Assembly (NCBI RefSeq): GCF_041956535.1
Contig: NW_027192201.1
Coordinates: 98,060-162,059 of the forward strand
Length of the DNA stretch: 64,000 nucleotides
From: Calcarisporiella thermophila CBS 279.70
Taxonomy: Eukaryota > Fungi > Calcarisporiellomycota
Reading direction: 5' to 3'
Shown: positions 23,473 to 35,977 of the stretch, piece after piece
How positions within the stretch are numbered: the stretch's first letter is position 1
Layout of the letters: each line of letters begins with the position of its first letter
Translations under genes and position numbers: made by a program
The notes under the pieces: model-generated
Told to the model about the DNA's origin: nothing
Databases searched by the model: none
The model's input: the letters and a program-made list of their open reading frames with translations, nothing else

Positions 23473-24214
23473 GGGAGGAAACCTCACAAATATGGGAAAT
23501 AAAAAAGCCAGATAAAAGGGTGGAGGCGGGGCTAAAACGAGTACAACTATGCGCTTAAACAATGATTTTCCATTGTTCATTCCATTTCCGCGCAAAAATC
23601 TGGCCACGCAATGTTAACGCGGGCGCAATGAATCAATATTCCCCCGCGCGCCATCAGGCTGCTCTGTATGCGCCCCTTATCTCTCTATCTTCAATTTACC
23701 AAGGAGGCAACCTGGGCATGTTTCTCTTAACTCTATTTTTCTCCACATGGCATGCGAAGGCCCTATTATAGCAGTGAGAACGCCGGCTCTTCCCTGGCGA
23801 CGAGCATGGCATGGGGAGCCTATCTCTTCACGAGAGTCCTCGCAAGGTTTAGCCGCTAAGCTTCCGCAGGCAAGTACATTTTTTTTACCACAGCTCGGCG
23901 CTTAAGGAAAACATGCCTTGCAAGGTTCTGCTCTCCTTCGTTCGAGAGATTCACCCCGAACTAGACACATTTCAGACCGAGTTGAAGTGATTTGCGCTAA
24001 GCCGCTACTCTGAATATCGTGTCAAAGCTTCGGGCTGATGTAGGGCGCCATTTTTATTGAGAGAGAGTCAGAGAGAGATAAGACCTTGAATTCTTTTCCA
24101 TTGGCCCATCGGTTTCTCCTGTTTGTTGGTACTAAAACGACATCTTAACCTCGTCATTCGTATTCCCCATCGGCCGCCGATCCTATATAATTTTTGCCTT
24201 ATTTTTAGTAAGCA

Positions 24215-25183
24215 ATGTCAAAAGCAAATACGAATCCTCAACAGCCGCCGAAAATTCGACGCATTGCTGTTTTGGGTCAGCGGGCAGTAGGTGAGATCGC
24301 TCTTTTCTCTTCCATCACTTCGCGGGTTGATCATTAAACGCATCTCCTCCATTGCTTGAATACCCTAGGAAAGTCCACGTTGACCGTCCAGTTTGTCGAA
24401 AACCACTTTGTTCCTTCATATCATCCCACCATAGAGAGCACTTTCAACAAGACCATCAAGTATAAAGGTCGCGAATACTCCATCGAAATTATAGATACTG
24501 CTGGACAGGTAATGTTTTTTGTTTTTTTTTTCGTGGGCCAATGCGAGGCTTATGGCGTGAGGGATATGAGTGTAACATGGTGTATCTCTTCAGGACGAAT
24601 ATTCTATACTTAGCGATCGTCACGCCATTGGTATCCACGGCTATGTGCTTGTCTACTCTATCACGTCCAAGCAGAGTTTAGACACCGTTAAGATTATCCG
24701 TGAGAAAATCCTGAACCACACGGGAACGGAGTGGGTCCCTATTGTTCTAGGTAGGTGGCAACTTAAGGTGCGGATAGATATAGCTCCCGATTAACTTTAT
24801 CTTTATCAAATCGCCACAGTTGGGAATAAATCCGACTTACATATGCAAAGGTAGTTTTCTTACTGCTTGTTTTCTTTTTCGTCACCTGCCTCTTCTAATG
24901 CCGTCCCCTCTCCCTCCCCCCCTTCTCAATTCTCAAAGACAAATCACGGTAGAGGAGGGCAAGGAGCTTGCCACTCAGTGGAATTGCCAGGCGATCGAGG
25001 CTTCAGCCAAGCACAATGAAAATATCGGTAACCCTTCCCCTCATGGCCCTAGTTGTCTCCATCGGTAATCCTCACTCTCTCCTTGCTTACCCTTTAGCAA
25101 AAATCTTCGACTTGATGATCTCTGAGATTGAGAAGAGCCATGCCCCGGCTCAGGAGAATCAAAGCTCATGTGTAGTGCAATGA
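24215..25183 (+). CDS. RHEB: Rheb GTPase
   Basis: LGQRAVG|KSTL (Rheb-type Arg in G1), YHPTIESTF, DTAGQ|DEY, GIHGY, GNKSDL, EASAK and CaaX CVVQ. Confidence 0.95.
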
Positions 25184-25818
25184 ATCTATTTATCATGGTG
25201 TTGCAAATCGATTTTCTCTTATAGAAGTTTCCTAAAGAGTGATCTTTTTCTTTTTTTCCTTCTATTTTCATTTTAATGTCTGTCTCTGTAAGCCATTGAG
25301 TTTCATGTCTCTTTGAATTTCTCTGTGATCGCTTGAATTTTATATTCTTTTGTTTAGTTCTCTTTTCTTTTGCCTTCTCTTTTTCTCTACTTTTCCCCCA
25401 AGATATCGCTGTCTCTTCCCGCCTCTCTTTTTTTTTTTTCCTACATTGTTTTCTCACAATAAAATTAAGCTCAAGAGCCAGATAGATCTACCCTGGAGAG
25501 GAGGGCATGGCAGGTGGATCGGTTCGAGTGGCAAGTGCTATTTCTCCTTCATAACTCGCGGTGGTAGAGCCAAAAATTTGAACCCAAGGCCACCCAGGGG
25601 ATGGCTTCTGGAGAAGTGGAGAGATGAGGAGAATGAAAAGTTAATAACTTGATATTGGAAACGTCGTAAATACACCAAAAAAAAAAATCTAGGGGTTTTG
25701 GAACAGGTTCTTTATGTATGCTACAAGTGTCTCTTTGAAAATTAGGGATACAGGGGGAGAAAAAAAAAAAGCTAGGATGGAAAAACCAACATGCCCATAA
25801 AAAAATAAATCAAGGATA

Positions 25819-27901
25819 CTATGACTTGCTCGCTTCGGCCAACGGTGGAAGCATTGCCTTCTTGGCCTTTCGCCGCTCGAGAAGCGATGCATGGTCCAGG
25901 CTCAAGTTCATGACCTTTTCACTCTGTTTCTGCTGATGCTGGCGTAGTTGTTGCCGCGCAATCTGTCGCTGCCGCACAGGGTCAGATGGAGCGGGGGGCG
26001 GGGACGGTACTTGGGTATGTCGCGGGTGATAGGGTTTGTCGCCAGCGCGGGGTTGCAAGTGCGGCTGTAGAGGCTTGCCCATAGCAGGCATCATAGGCAC
26101 GGCGGGTGCCTTATCCTTGGTGGGTTCTGCGTGGGCCGGTTTTGGCTTCTCTTCCTCCTCCTCCTCCTCCTCCTCCTCCTCCTCCTCCATGATGGTCTCC
26201 TCTATCTCCCGCCGTCCTCTTCCTTGCTCTTCCATTCGTTGTACCGCGTTGCTTACGTCGAAGATCTCCTTTAGAGTCGCAATGCCTGGTGATACCTTCT
26301 CCTTTCGCCTGACACGGTGTGGCTCGGCCAATGCCATGCCCGGTGTAACCGTCTCTACCTCGGCCATTCCTTCAAGGACCCACGGGTGCTTGAAGAATTG
26401 GTCGATATCGTAGCGTTTCTCGGCATCCACACAGAGCAGATTGGAGACGAGATCCTTGGCGGAATCGCTGATGTCATCCCACCTATGGTTAAAAAATATG
26501 GATCAATCTCAGGGTCTGGTGTACAGCGGCTTAGCAGGAGGGGGAGGGGAAGGAGCAGAAAAGGAGATCTTACCAGGGCGAAAGGAAACTGTATTCGCCG
26601 TTGGCAACTTTACGTGTTAATTGGCGAATAGACTCATCGTAGAAGGGCGGGAACCCGCACAGTAGTGTGTAGAGCACACAACCGAGCGCCCACATATCCA
26701 CTGCCTTACTGTATCGCTCATCTCTCACGATCTCTGGAGCGGTATAACTATATTATACAAGACATTGGTGTTTTAGCCATCTTGGGCTCGGTGCGGTCTT
26801 CGTCTAGGATGAGTCACTTACCCTACGGTACCACAGGGGGTTTGCGTGCTCTCTTCCCAGATGATCTTGGAAAGTCCAAAGTCGGCGATTTTTACGCGGC
26901 CAATACCTCCACCCCCCACTCCGGGGATGAACTCCCCTTCATCGGCTTTATTCTCATCGCCGGGCAATATTTTCTGTGGTTGGACCGAGGGTCGGAACGG
27001 AATAGGTTCAAAGAGGATGTTTTCCGGCTTGATATCTCTAGTAATAGAAAAACAGAGTCAACGATGCGCCCCAACATTCTTCCCCGAAAAAGTTCGTGAT
27101 CATTACCGGTGGACGATTCCCTTCTCATTGTGCAAATACCGGATGGCCTCTGCCACCTGGGTGATGACATGCCGCGACAAAGGCTCTGAAAAATAAGTAA
27201 GCTTCACGATTTGATGGAACAACTCGCCCCCCTCCACCAACTCAAGAATAAGATAATAATAGTCGTCTGCCTCACTGAAATCTAACAGTCGCACTACATT
27301 GGGGTGATCTATCATGCGCATAATTTGAATCTCTTTCATGATGCCGATGCGCTGGCACGAAGAACAGATAGAGAAATTAGGCGGAGGGCATTGTATTTAA
27401 ACTGGACTGTACATACCTGATCTGCTCGCTTCTGATTCCCTTTAATGTCTTTATGCAGATGTTTGTCTGTATCTCTCTAAGCCAAGCGAGATAGTTCGGT
27501 TAAGCAAAGGCCTAAGGAGACGGAGCAAAATTGGATTACCTGCGCGAGCCTTAGATCTCTCTTCCTCACTGCCTTTACCGCAACCTTCTGGCCGGTCTGG
27601 CTGTCCACTGCTTTATACACATTGGAGTAGGCACCGCTAGAACAAAAGGCAAGATCTTATCAGTACGGCCGGCCATGGATGGGGTGGAGAAAGGAAAGGA
27701 GACAACTTACTCGCCCATTTTCTCCAGGAGCTTGTAGCGCTCTAAACCCGGGTAATGCGGTAGCTGCAAGCGCGCCTGTCTTTCCTCCGCCACGATTTTG
27801 GCGATCTTTGAGCCAACTCCCTCCTTCTCCTTAGGACTAAGGTGCTCGTCTCGATTTTTGCTGCCACCGTAGCGAATGAAGTTGCGAATTTGCTCGATCA
27901 T
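25819..27901 (-). CDS. CaMK-group MAPK-activated kinase (Rck2/Srk1/Cmk2-like)
   Basis: [14 protein letters not shown]|[49 protein letters not shown] and C-terminal SLLERRK. Confidence 0.92.
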
Positions 27902-28210
27902 TTTATTGGTGCGTAAGAAAAGGAAGGAGGCAAAAATTAGACTGCATAGGGAAAGAAATTGGAAATTTATATCAGAAAATATAAGGCGTTGAATCGAAGT
28001 TAAAAAATGAAACCTGGGGGCAAGGCATTGGAATTAATAATACCGTGAAGCCATTAATAAATGTGTGAAGAGATAAAGTGAAATTACAGTTAAATTATAG
28101 TGCATAAATAATAACATAGGATGCGAAAAGTGTTCTATAATTAATGCGACATAGTATTCATATACATTCATACGTGCGATGGTTCTTTCCCCCTCTCCTC
28201 CCCCCTCTGC

Positions 28211-29423
28211 TCAAAGGGGCCCTTCTATCAGCTCTTTCACCAATATCAGAATGAGGATGCAAATGTGGACGCACCACCGGAAGAGGCTTCGAAAGATCCG
28301 CCTCATGACCCGAAGCAAGAGCCCTAGAGAGCCTCGGCGGATCCTCGCTTTGAACTCGCCGGCTCTGTTTCGCCTTCGAGCCAGAAAGCACGCGCACTCA
28401 AGCATTCCGTCGACGACACTGTCAAACACGGTCTCTCCAAGTTCGGCAAGGGTTTTTAGCTTCTTCTCGTGCTCGGTGTTTTTGAAAAACTCCTTCTGCA
28501 GCTCCTCCAGGAGGGTAGGCTGGGGAATTAGGTCGGAGGAGTCATTCCACGACGAGGTTGCAACACTGCTGACGGTATTGCAAGGCGAAGGGAGAGCTTC
28601 GTAAACCTGTTCGCGATACCCTTCGACTTGTATTTCCAGCGTATTCACTAGCTCTGTCTGGCGTGCATATGCCTCCTTGAGTCTCTCGTAGTCTGCACGA
28701 TTGAACTGGATGGTGTGGTATTCCTCGCTCAGGCGCTCAAAGTCCTGAATGATGGCCGTGATGTGGGCCGTGAGCTCGGATTTGGCGTGCGCGAGACGAT
28801 GGTTTTCGGAAGAGAGTCGCGCTTTTTCCGCCTCGAGTTGGTCGCATTTTTTGGAAAGTTCGTCTATCACCCACTTGTATTCCTCAAGCTCCTTACCCCC
28901 ACGGTCCTCGTTTTCGTCGCTGAGCTTGTGCGAAAAGACCTCGGCTCTGGATCTCTCATTTTCAATGCACTCCTGCAGCCATTCCAATTGCCTCTCTAGC
29001 TCATCCACGCGCCTCTTATAATGGGTGCTCTGTTCGCGATGCTTGCGTTTCATCTGCTCTAGCTCTTCGCTCAATTCCCCTTTCTCCCCTTCCAGCAATT
29101 GAATTTGTTGAAAGTCCATGGTGCGTTTATGAAGCAAGTGTCGCGGGGATGATGTAATGTCTGCTTTCGGATTAAGATGGGTAAGGTGGCGGCCACGGCG
29201 TGACGCTATGCTTCGTGTTGTATGAAGAAGAGATTCGTAGCGTGATTTAAGTTGAAAGGCATCATCCATATGAAGTGAGATAAAATCCGCAACTAGCGTG
29301 TCATCTATCACCTCCAGGATCAGTTAAAAAAATCTAATTTTATGCAGAGGGGAAGCAATACCCACCATTATAGTCCTCATTTTGATTCATCTTTTTGGCA
29401 TTAGCAGAGTCATGAAATTCCAT
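28211..29423 (-). CDS. Uncharacterised coiled-coil protein with C-terminal transmembrane segment
   Basis: 366-codon open frame rich in E/K/L/R heptads, a basic amphipathic stretch, then WCVHICILILILV and a short tail; short first exon inferred. Confidence 0.7.
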
Positions 29424-29993
29424 CCCCTGTGTGAAACTATTTAATACTTCAATATCGTGTAATTTTTTGGGATGAATAATTGCCTATGGCAAAATATTGC
29501 GAGGGTTTCAATAACAGGCGTGACCTCTATTTCTCAAACTGTCAAACTTTAATAAATAACCATGAAGCTCTTATGCTCCATGGTGACGCATGTCTCTTAG
29601 GTTCATCATTGCCGAAGCAATTCCTGATGCATTCCAAAATCTATTCCAAGTAGTCTACGATGGAACTAATTTCTCTAACGCAATTACATGTATCATAATT
29701 CATGCCCAAGCAGCTTGTTAAATGCCAACTTAAAGTTAAAAGCTATTATAAAGCAGAAGCGATCGGCTAATTTTTTTTTCTCTACCCTATATATGATAAC
29801 CCTTTCTGATGGTACAAAGGATACTTAGATATGAAGTAGCACATAAAGAACTCTTTTCCTTGCCCCAACGAAATTGATCTCGCAGCGCGTACCTTCTGAT
29901 ACTTTCTGAAATTCCATCGATTGTTTATTTTGTATTCTTCAACCACACTTTTTTTAACATCGAACATTATTTCCATCCATTCCTAGTCTGAAT

Positions 29994-31411
29994 ATGTTCG
30001 CACGCTCTCTCTGGCACCAGCTTTCCGTTACCCGCACAAATCTTGCCCCAGTAGCTACTACTGCGAGCCGGTCGCTTATCTCATTGCAAAAGCGGTACCA
30101 GAGCACCAGCAACAATGAGGTAATGATTGAACACCCTCAATTTAATGGGCGTTTTCATTCATGTTCTTTAATTGATCTGATTCATTAGTTGACTGTCCGC
30201 GAAGCCTTGAACGTTGCCATGGAGGAGGAACTTATTCGCGATGAGAAGGTTTTCATCATGGGTGAGGAGGTTGCCCAGTACAATGGTGCTTATAAGGTGA
30301 ATTTCTTGTGATTTTTTTTTTCGTTACCTGTCAGGGCCTTTTCTTGTCCATCCGGATTTATTCACCTTTTTTTTTTTTGTAACCATTAGGTCACGAAAGG
30401 TCTCCTAGATAAATTTGGTTCGAAGCGCGTTATCGATACTCCCATTACGGAGATGGGCTTCGCAGGTCTCGCCGTCGGTGCAGCTCTTGCCGGTTTGCGT
30501 CCCATTTGCGAATTCATGACATTCAACTTTGCAATGCAGGTAGATATGGCTATCGCTCCATTTGTCAGAGCAAACTTCATAACAGAATATTCTCCGCATT
30601 CTAAAGGCAATCGATCACATCGTCAATTCCGCAGCCAAAACACACTACATGTCCGCGGGAACGGTTGAATGCCCAATCGTCTTCCGTGGGCCAAACGGCG
30701 CCGCAGCAGGTGTGGCAGCACAGCATTCCCAGTGCTTCGCCGCGTGGTATGGCTCCGTACCTGGCCTTAAGGTAGTCAGCCCTTGGAACTCGGAGGACGC
30801 CAAGGGTCTCTTGAAGGCGGCCATCCGCGATCCCAATCCAGTAGTCGTATTAGAGAACGAGCTGATGTATGGTGTGAGCTTCCCGATGTCTGATGCGGCG
30901 ATGTCGAAAGACTTCGTGATCGATATCGGAAAGGCGAAGATTGAGAAGGAGGGCAAAGACATCACCCTGGTCGCCCACTCCCGTGCCGTGGGATTCGCCC
31001 TCGAGGCCGCCAACAAGCTAAAGGAGGCTGGAATCTGTGACGCTGAAGTCATCAACTTGCGCTCGATTCGGCCCTTGGATGTGGATGCCATCGTCAAGTC
31101 GGTGAAGAAGACACATCGCTTGGTGACAGTAGAGGGCGGATGGCCACAGTTCGGCGTTGGATCCGAGATCTGCGCACAGATGATGGAGACATCTGCATTC
31201 GATTATCTCGACGCACCAGTGTCGCGGGTTACTGGCGCAGACATCCCCACCCCCGTAAGTATTGAACTCCTTGGAATCCGACTGACCTTGGAAACCTCCT
31301 TACCTCTCTTTCGTTTAGTATGCGCAAAACCTCGAGACATTATCCTTCCCCACTACCGATGTCATCGAAAAAGCAGTCAAGCAGACCCTCGGAAAGAAGA
31401 TCGGGGCTTAA
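29994..31411 (+). CDS. PDB1: Pyruvate dehydrogenase E1 beta subunit, mitochondrial
   Basis: Presequence; [54 protein letters not shown]; five exons. Confidence 0.97.
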
Positions 31412-31557
31412 GATAGTTTTTTTTTATTCAATAAAATATCTTTATAGAAAGACATCTTGGCATATTCAATTCTGCGTGACTCTCTTTACGCCACTCCATT
31501 CAATGCTAAAATGGCCGGTGACCGTTTCCTAAGGGGGACTCTTTAAAATTGTGTGAA

Positions 31558-32751
31558 ATGCACTCTTCGGAAGCCATTGTAAGTGATGAAAACATAGTTG
31601 ACATCCAAAATGCGAGTACATCCGCCAATCCCTCCAAGATTGAATATGCACTCGATATGCTCTACGAATGCCAAAGAGGAGCTTATCTATTTGGCGTACC
31701 GAAATTTAGTTCAAAATCGTAAGAAAAAGGGAAAAAAAGCATGCTGTAATGGGCAGGCTGTTGAAAAAACATTACGCTCACCATCTCTTTCCATTCTTAT
31801 TATAACAGTCTAATACAAATAGATCCTCCTCCATGGTCCGACAGAGATCTCAAGTGAGCGAGTTTCTGGGTTTTGTCTTTAAATTAGGCTCAATATTCCC
31901 TTTTTTTAGCTATTCTCCTATGGATATCCACAATTACCAATTGCCAGATCCCACATGGGAATGGGTGAGTTGAACCGTAAATAATATTGTGTCTCTCTTA
32001 TAGTAATAGTATTGGAATACCTTGTTAGGTCCACAAGCAGTGGCTGGTTGATATGTCGGGTGATGTGGATGAAGGTACGCTGAGCTAGCTTCGTGGGGTG
32101 ATATACATACGATTTTCACACAGAGTTTTAAAATGGTAGACGGGTGGGAATATGCGCTTAAATTTCATGGTGCTGTCTGGCACGGTAATCATTTGCCCTT
32201 CCGCTCATTTGTTCGACGACGTCGTTGGGTTCGACTACGAAGAAGAATGGTATGGGTTTCTCCAAGTGGTTGCTCCCTTAATGTCCCTCTTCCTCACAAT
32301 ACCGTATCTCTGCTAGCCCACAAGGCCCCAAACATCTCGCGTCCTTTCTCAAACTAGCTTGGCTCATGCCGATATCGACTCCAACAACGAAGGCGAAAGT
32401 TCTCAAAAACAGAGAGAGACACTGATGCAACGGCTAAAACTTGCACGCTTAGATAGAGAACGTCTCGCGATTTTGGAAGAGTGGATTAACAATGGGCATG
32501 CGCAGGATATTCTTCAGGGGTTGGAGAGAGTGTTAGATCACTTCGATTATGAGGAGAGCAAACGAAAATTGCTTCGAATACTTTCTGCTCTGGATCCCAG
32601 TTCTATCACCGAGGGCGCACATAATCTAGAGTTTTTCTCAGATATAAAGCGGTTGACCAGGAAATATAGCGATGACCCTAGCAAGCAGGAGTCGGAGAGC
32701 GCCAGGGACGCGCTCAAACTAGTGAACAGTGTCAAAGAAACACGAGCATGA
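31558..32751 (+). CDS. Dysferlin-domain protein (Spo73/Mug65-like) with C-terminal helical extension
   Basis: Spliced MLYECQRG...FGVPKFSSKS|LIQIDPPPW, LPDPTWEW, WLVDMSGDVD, DGWEYA and FVRRRRWVRLR. Confidence 0.75.
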
Positions 32752-32845
32752 TTCTTCATTCCATCTAGCAGTCACAATAAATTTTGTACCATCTCACCTC
32801 GAATATATTTCTCCCATATGATAAGGCAAATGAGGAGTAGCTAAT

Positions 32846-35654
32846 ATGCATAAGCGAACCATAATTCTACTGGATTGTCACCCTGAAACACGACATCCAT
32901 TGGCAAGTGAACACTGGCCATCAAGTAATTATCCGGTTTCTGTTGTATGCTAGCATGGTTATTTTCTAACGCGTATCATGAAATGCTAGATCTTCCGCCT
33001 CCTCCTCTTTGGTCTGCACTGGTTCAAGCAACCATTGAATATTGCCGGATAGTTTACGATCTTTTCTCCCCTTCTGAAGCTCTAGTGAGTGTTCATGTTG
33101 CCGGACCTCCGCCTGTGATTGCTATTTTGAACTCGTGGAAAGTTGAAGATCAAAACTACGCAAGTGTGAGTTAATGTTTCAATGCAGGCCGTTTGTTATG
33201 GCTTTTTCCAGAGAATTCTAATTCGAGACATGAACTTGTTTGTGAAAATATATAGGTGGCTAGTGGATTTGTGAACATTTTTCCACAGAATGTTAGCCCC
33301 AACCCATCCAGGCTTCCGTTTGCATTGGATGTCGCACTCTCAATGCTAGGCGAAAATGATGACGAGTCTAAAGAAGAGGGTGAAGAAGAGGAAGGTGATG
33401 GTAGCGCAAAATGGTTAGATGGGGGACGTATAGTTATGGTTTTAATGGCCAAAGGAGTGGACGAAGGTGGTGGCAAGTGCGTGGCTCCATTTATTTTTAT
33501 GTAGCAAAAGGCATACTGATGGCTTGTGATAGGTATAGGGAGATGCCAGGGTGTGAAATGATAGAAATTGAAAAGATGATTTCACAAGTCTGGGAAAATA
33601 TGAAGGAGCAGGGGAAAAGGTAATGGGAGGGAATATCTTAATAACGGTATTCGATTTAGGATTAAACCTTATCTACTCACTAGGTCGGTAGACTATTGCC
33701 ATTTCGATGTGATCCGCATATTTCCAAAGGACATACAATCATTACCAGATGATACCCACCATCTTAAAGTAAATCCATCCTATGCAAGAATCTCGGCTCT
33801 ATTCTCATCTAGTTTAATTTCTTGCATATTTGTCTAGCTAAACAGCAAACTTTCAATGTCTATATATAACATCGAAGCCACCTCCACGTCTCTTCTTCAA
33901 GCACTCCTACACCTAGCGATGATACACCGTCGACTAGGATGCTTGCGTATTGCAAAACCTGACGACGCGATTCATCCCAATTCACGGCACATTCGCCTAT
34001 TATACCCAACGACCACCCATATCCGCAATAATGAAGAAAGCTCGGTTATTAAGAAATGGAGACTGAATCAGGCAGAAATAATGGAGGAGTTGACGCTCAC
34101 CGTTGCGTGGGGCTCCTTGCAGGCGGTCGACCTTGACATTCTCCCGTGCAGGTGTGTGCACGCGGTTACCAGTGTAGACAGCTCATTTGTATCAACGTCG
34201 ATTTTGATTAACAATATTTTGCAAGGTAAATCTTTTATTTCGGGTTGGAAAATAGCTGAGCTTAGCTTGAACTTTTGAAAACTCCTAGGGGGGCTTTATG
34301 CTCTTGCAAACCGAAAAACAATGCAAGTGACACATCTCCTTGCGGCACACCGGGGCATCGTGTTTCTTCATTGCGTTGATCCGCTTCGCTTGGCAACACC
34401 CCCCTCCTCCTCTATGGCTTCCACCAAAAACACGCTCCAGGAAGAGGTGCTACGGGAATTCATGGACGCTGTCGTAATGCCTGCCAAATTCGAACTGAAA
34501 AAGAAAGGAAAGGGGATCCGCGGAAGGAAGGCAATCATGGGAACCAAGTGGCTGAACGGAACCATGGACGAGGCGGGAGGAGTGGGAGATGGTCCTCTGC
34601 ATTTGTTTGGGAAACTCCGGGACGATTTCGTGGGGGGTATTGGGAAGGAAACTGCACAGGTAGTCCAGGAGGTATGTTGCTTAGCCATCTTGCTTGCAGA
34701 ATTTAAATCCTTATTGTCTGGAAGTTTTCTTAATCCATATTTTAACATGCTCTGACAAAATCATATTAGTTGCTGACCACTCTCATTGATTGCCGCGAGA
34801 GGGGGGATCACCGCGGGGTTTTTCTCAAACGAATGGGCAAGGAGGAGACAAGGAGAGAAGCTACGCGCCTCTTGAAAATTATTTATTCCGTGGCCAAGAT
34901 CTTTAGTGAAGAGGGTAAGCAGTACGAGGATATTTTCAATCTCATTTCCGAATCCATTGGGCCAGATGGGACGCCTGTCCTTCCTCCTGCCGACGCTTCG
35001 GATTCTACCGCTCTAGACTCAAAAGAACTCGAGCCTCCTGAGGAAGAGGGTTGGAAGTCTCTGGACAGGTACCGGGGCATGTCTCTCCGCGAGCGCGAAG
35101 AAATAAACACGCGCTCTCCTACATCGGTCTTGAAGCGTGGACGCCACGCTGACAAAGAGGGAATTCCAGGGAGCGGCAAATTGACAGCCCTCCGACCCTA
35201 TCTTCAGTACACTACCCCAACGGAGAGCGAGGACTCCCGTGCGCGGCGTCGCCAGGAAACAAAACTGGGGGTAAATGACTCCCTTACCAGGGTCTATTGG
35301 ACGAGTAGATATAAGAGCGAAGAGGAGAGAACGGTTGATTTCGAAGGGAGAATGCCGCCCCGCGTGTGGAGAAGGCGAGTAAGAGAGGTGAGGGAGGTGA
35401 GAGAACAGCAGGCACTTGAGCGAAAGAAAAGAGAGAAAGAAGGCGATAAAGAGGATTGGGAGGGGCTATATGTGGAGACAAGAGACGAGGAGGTCAAGCC
35501 CGAAAGAGAAGTATCAAATAGGGAGCCGGCGAAAAAACGCAAGTTAGAGGAGGAGGAGGAGATTTTACTGGAGGAAGAGGAGTTGACGGGGGGAAGAAGA
35601 GTAGGATGTATTTTTTTTTTCTTTCTTGGGTATATGGATCTCTGTAGGATATAG
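32846..35654 (+). CDS. INTS13: Integrator subunit 13 / Asunder-like protein
   Basis: N-terminal KRTIILLDCHP...LWSALVQATIEYCRIVYDLF, THLLAAHRGIVFLHC, and C-terminal SLTRVYW...DFEGR recall the conserved Asunder blocks; multi-exon. Confidence 0.7.
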
Positions 35655-35977
35655 TGTCATTCCTAATGTATAAAGCCGACCATTTTTTCTATTTAACTAT
35701 AATCGTGTATATATCACTCTCTGAAATGAAAAAAAGGTGAGTATAAGGGAGGGGGAAGCACAGAAATGGATCAAAGAGAGAATGCAGATAGCATTCACAG
35801 GGGTATACAAATATACACAAGAATAATGGATAAATACGGACAAGACAAATAAACTACATATTTTCCTTTGGAGGACTTCAACGGTAGAGTACATAATAGG
35901 AGAAAGGGGGGGGGGGGGGGGAAGGGGGAGAAAGGGGAATTCTAATAAAAAAGAACACAAAAACTATGTAGATTTCC

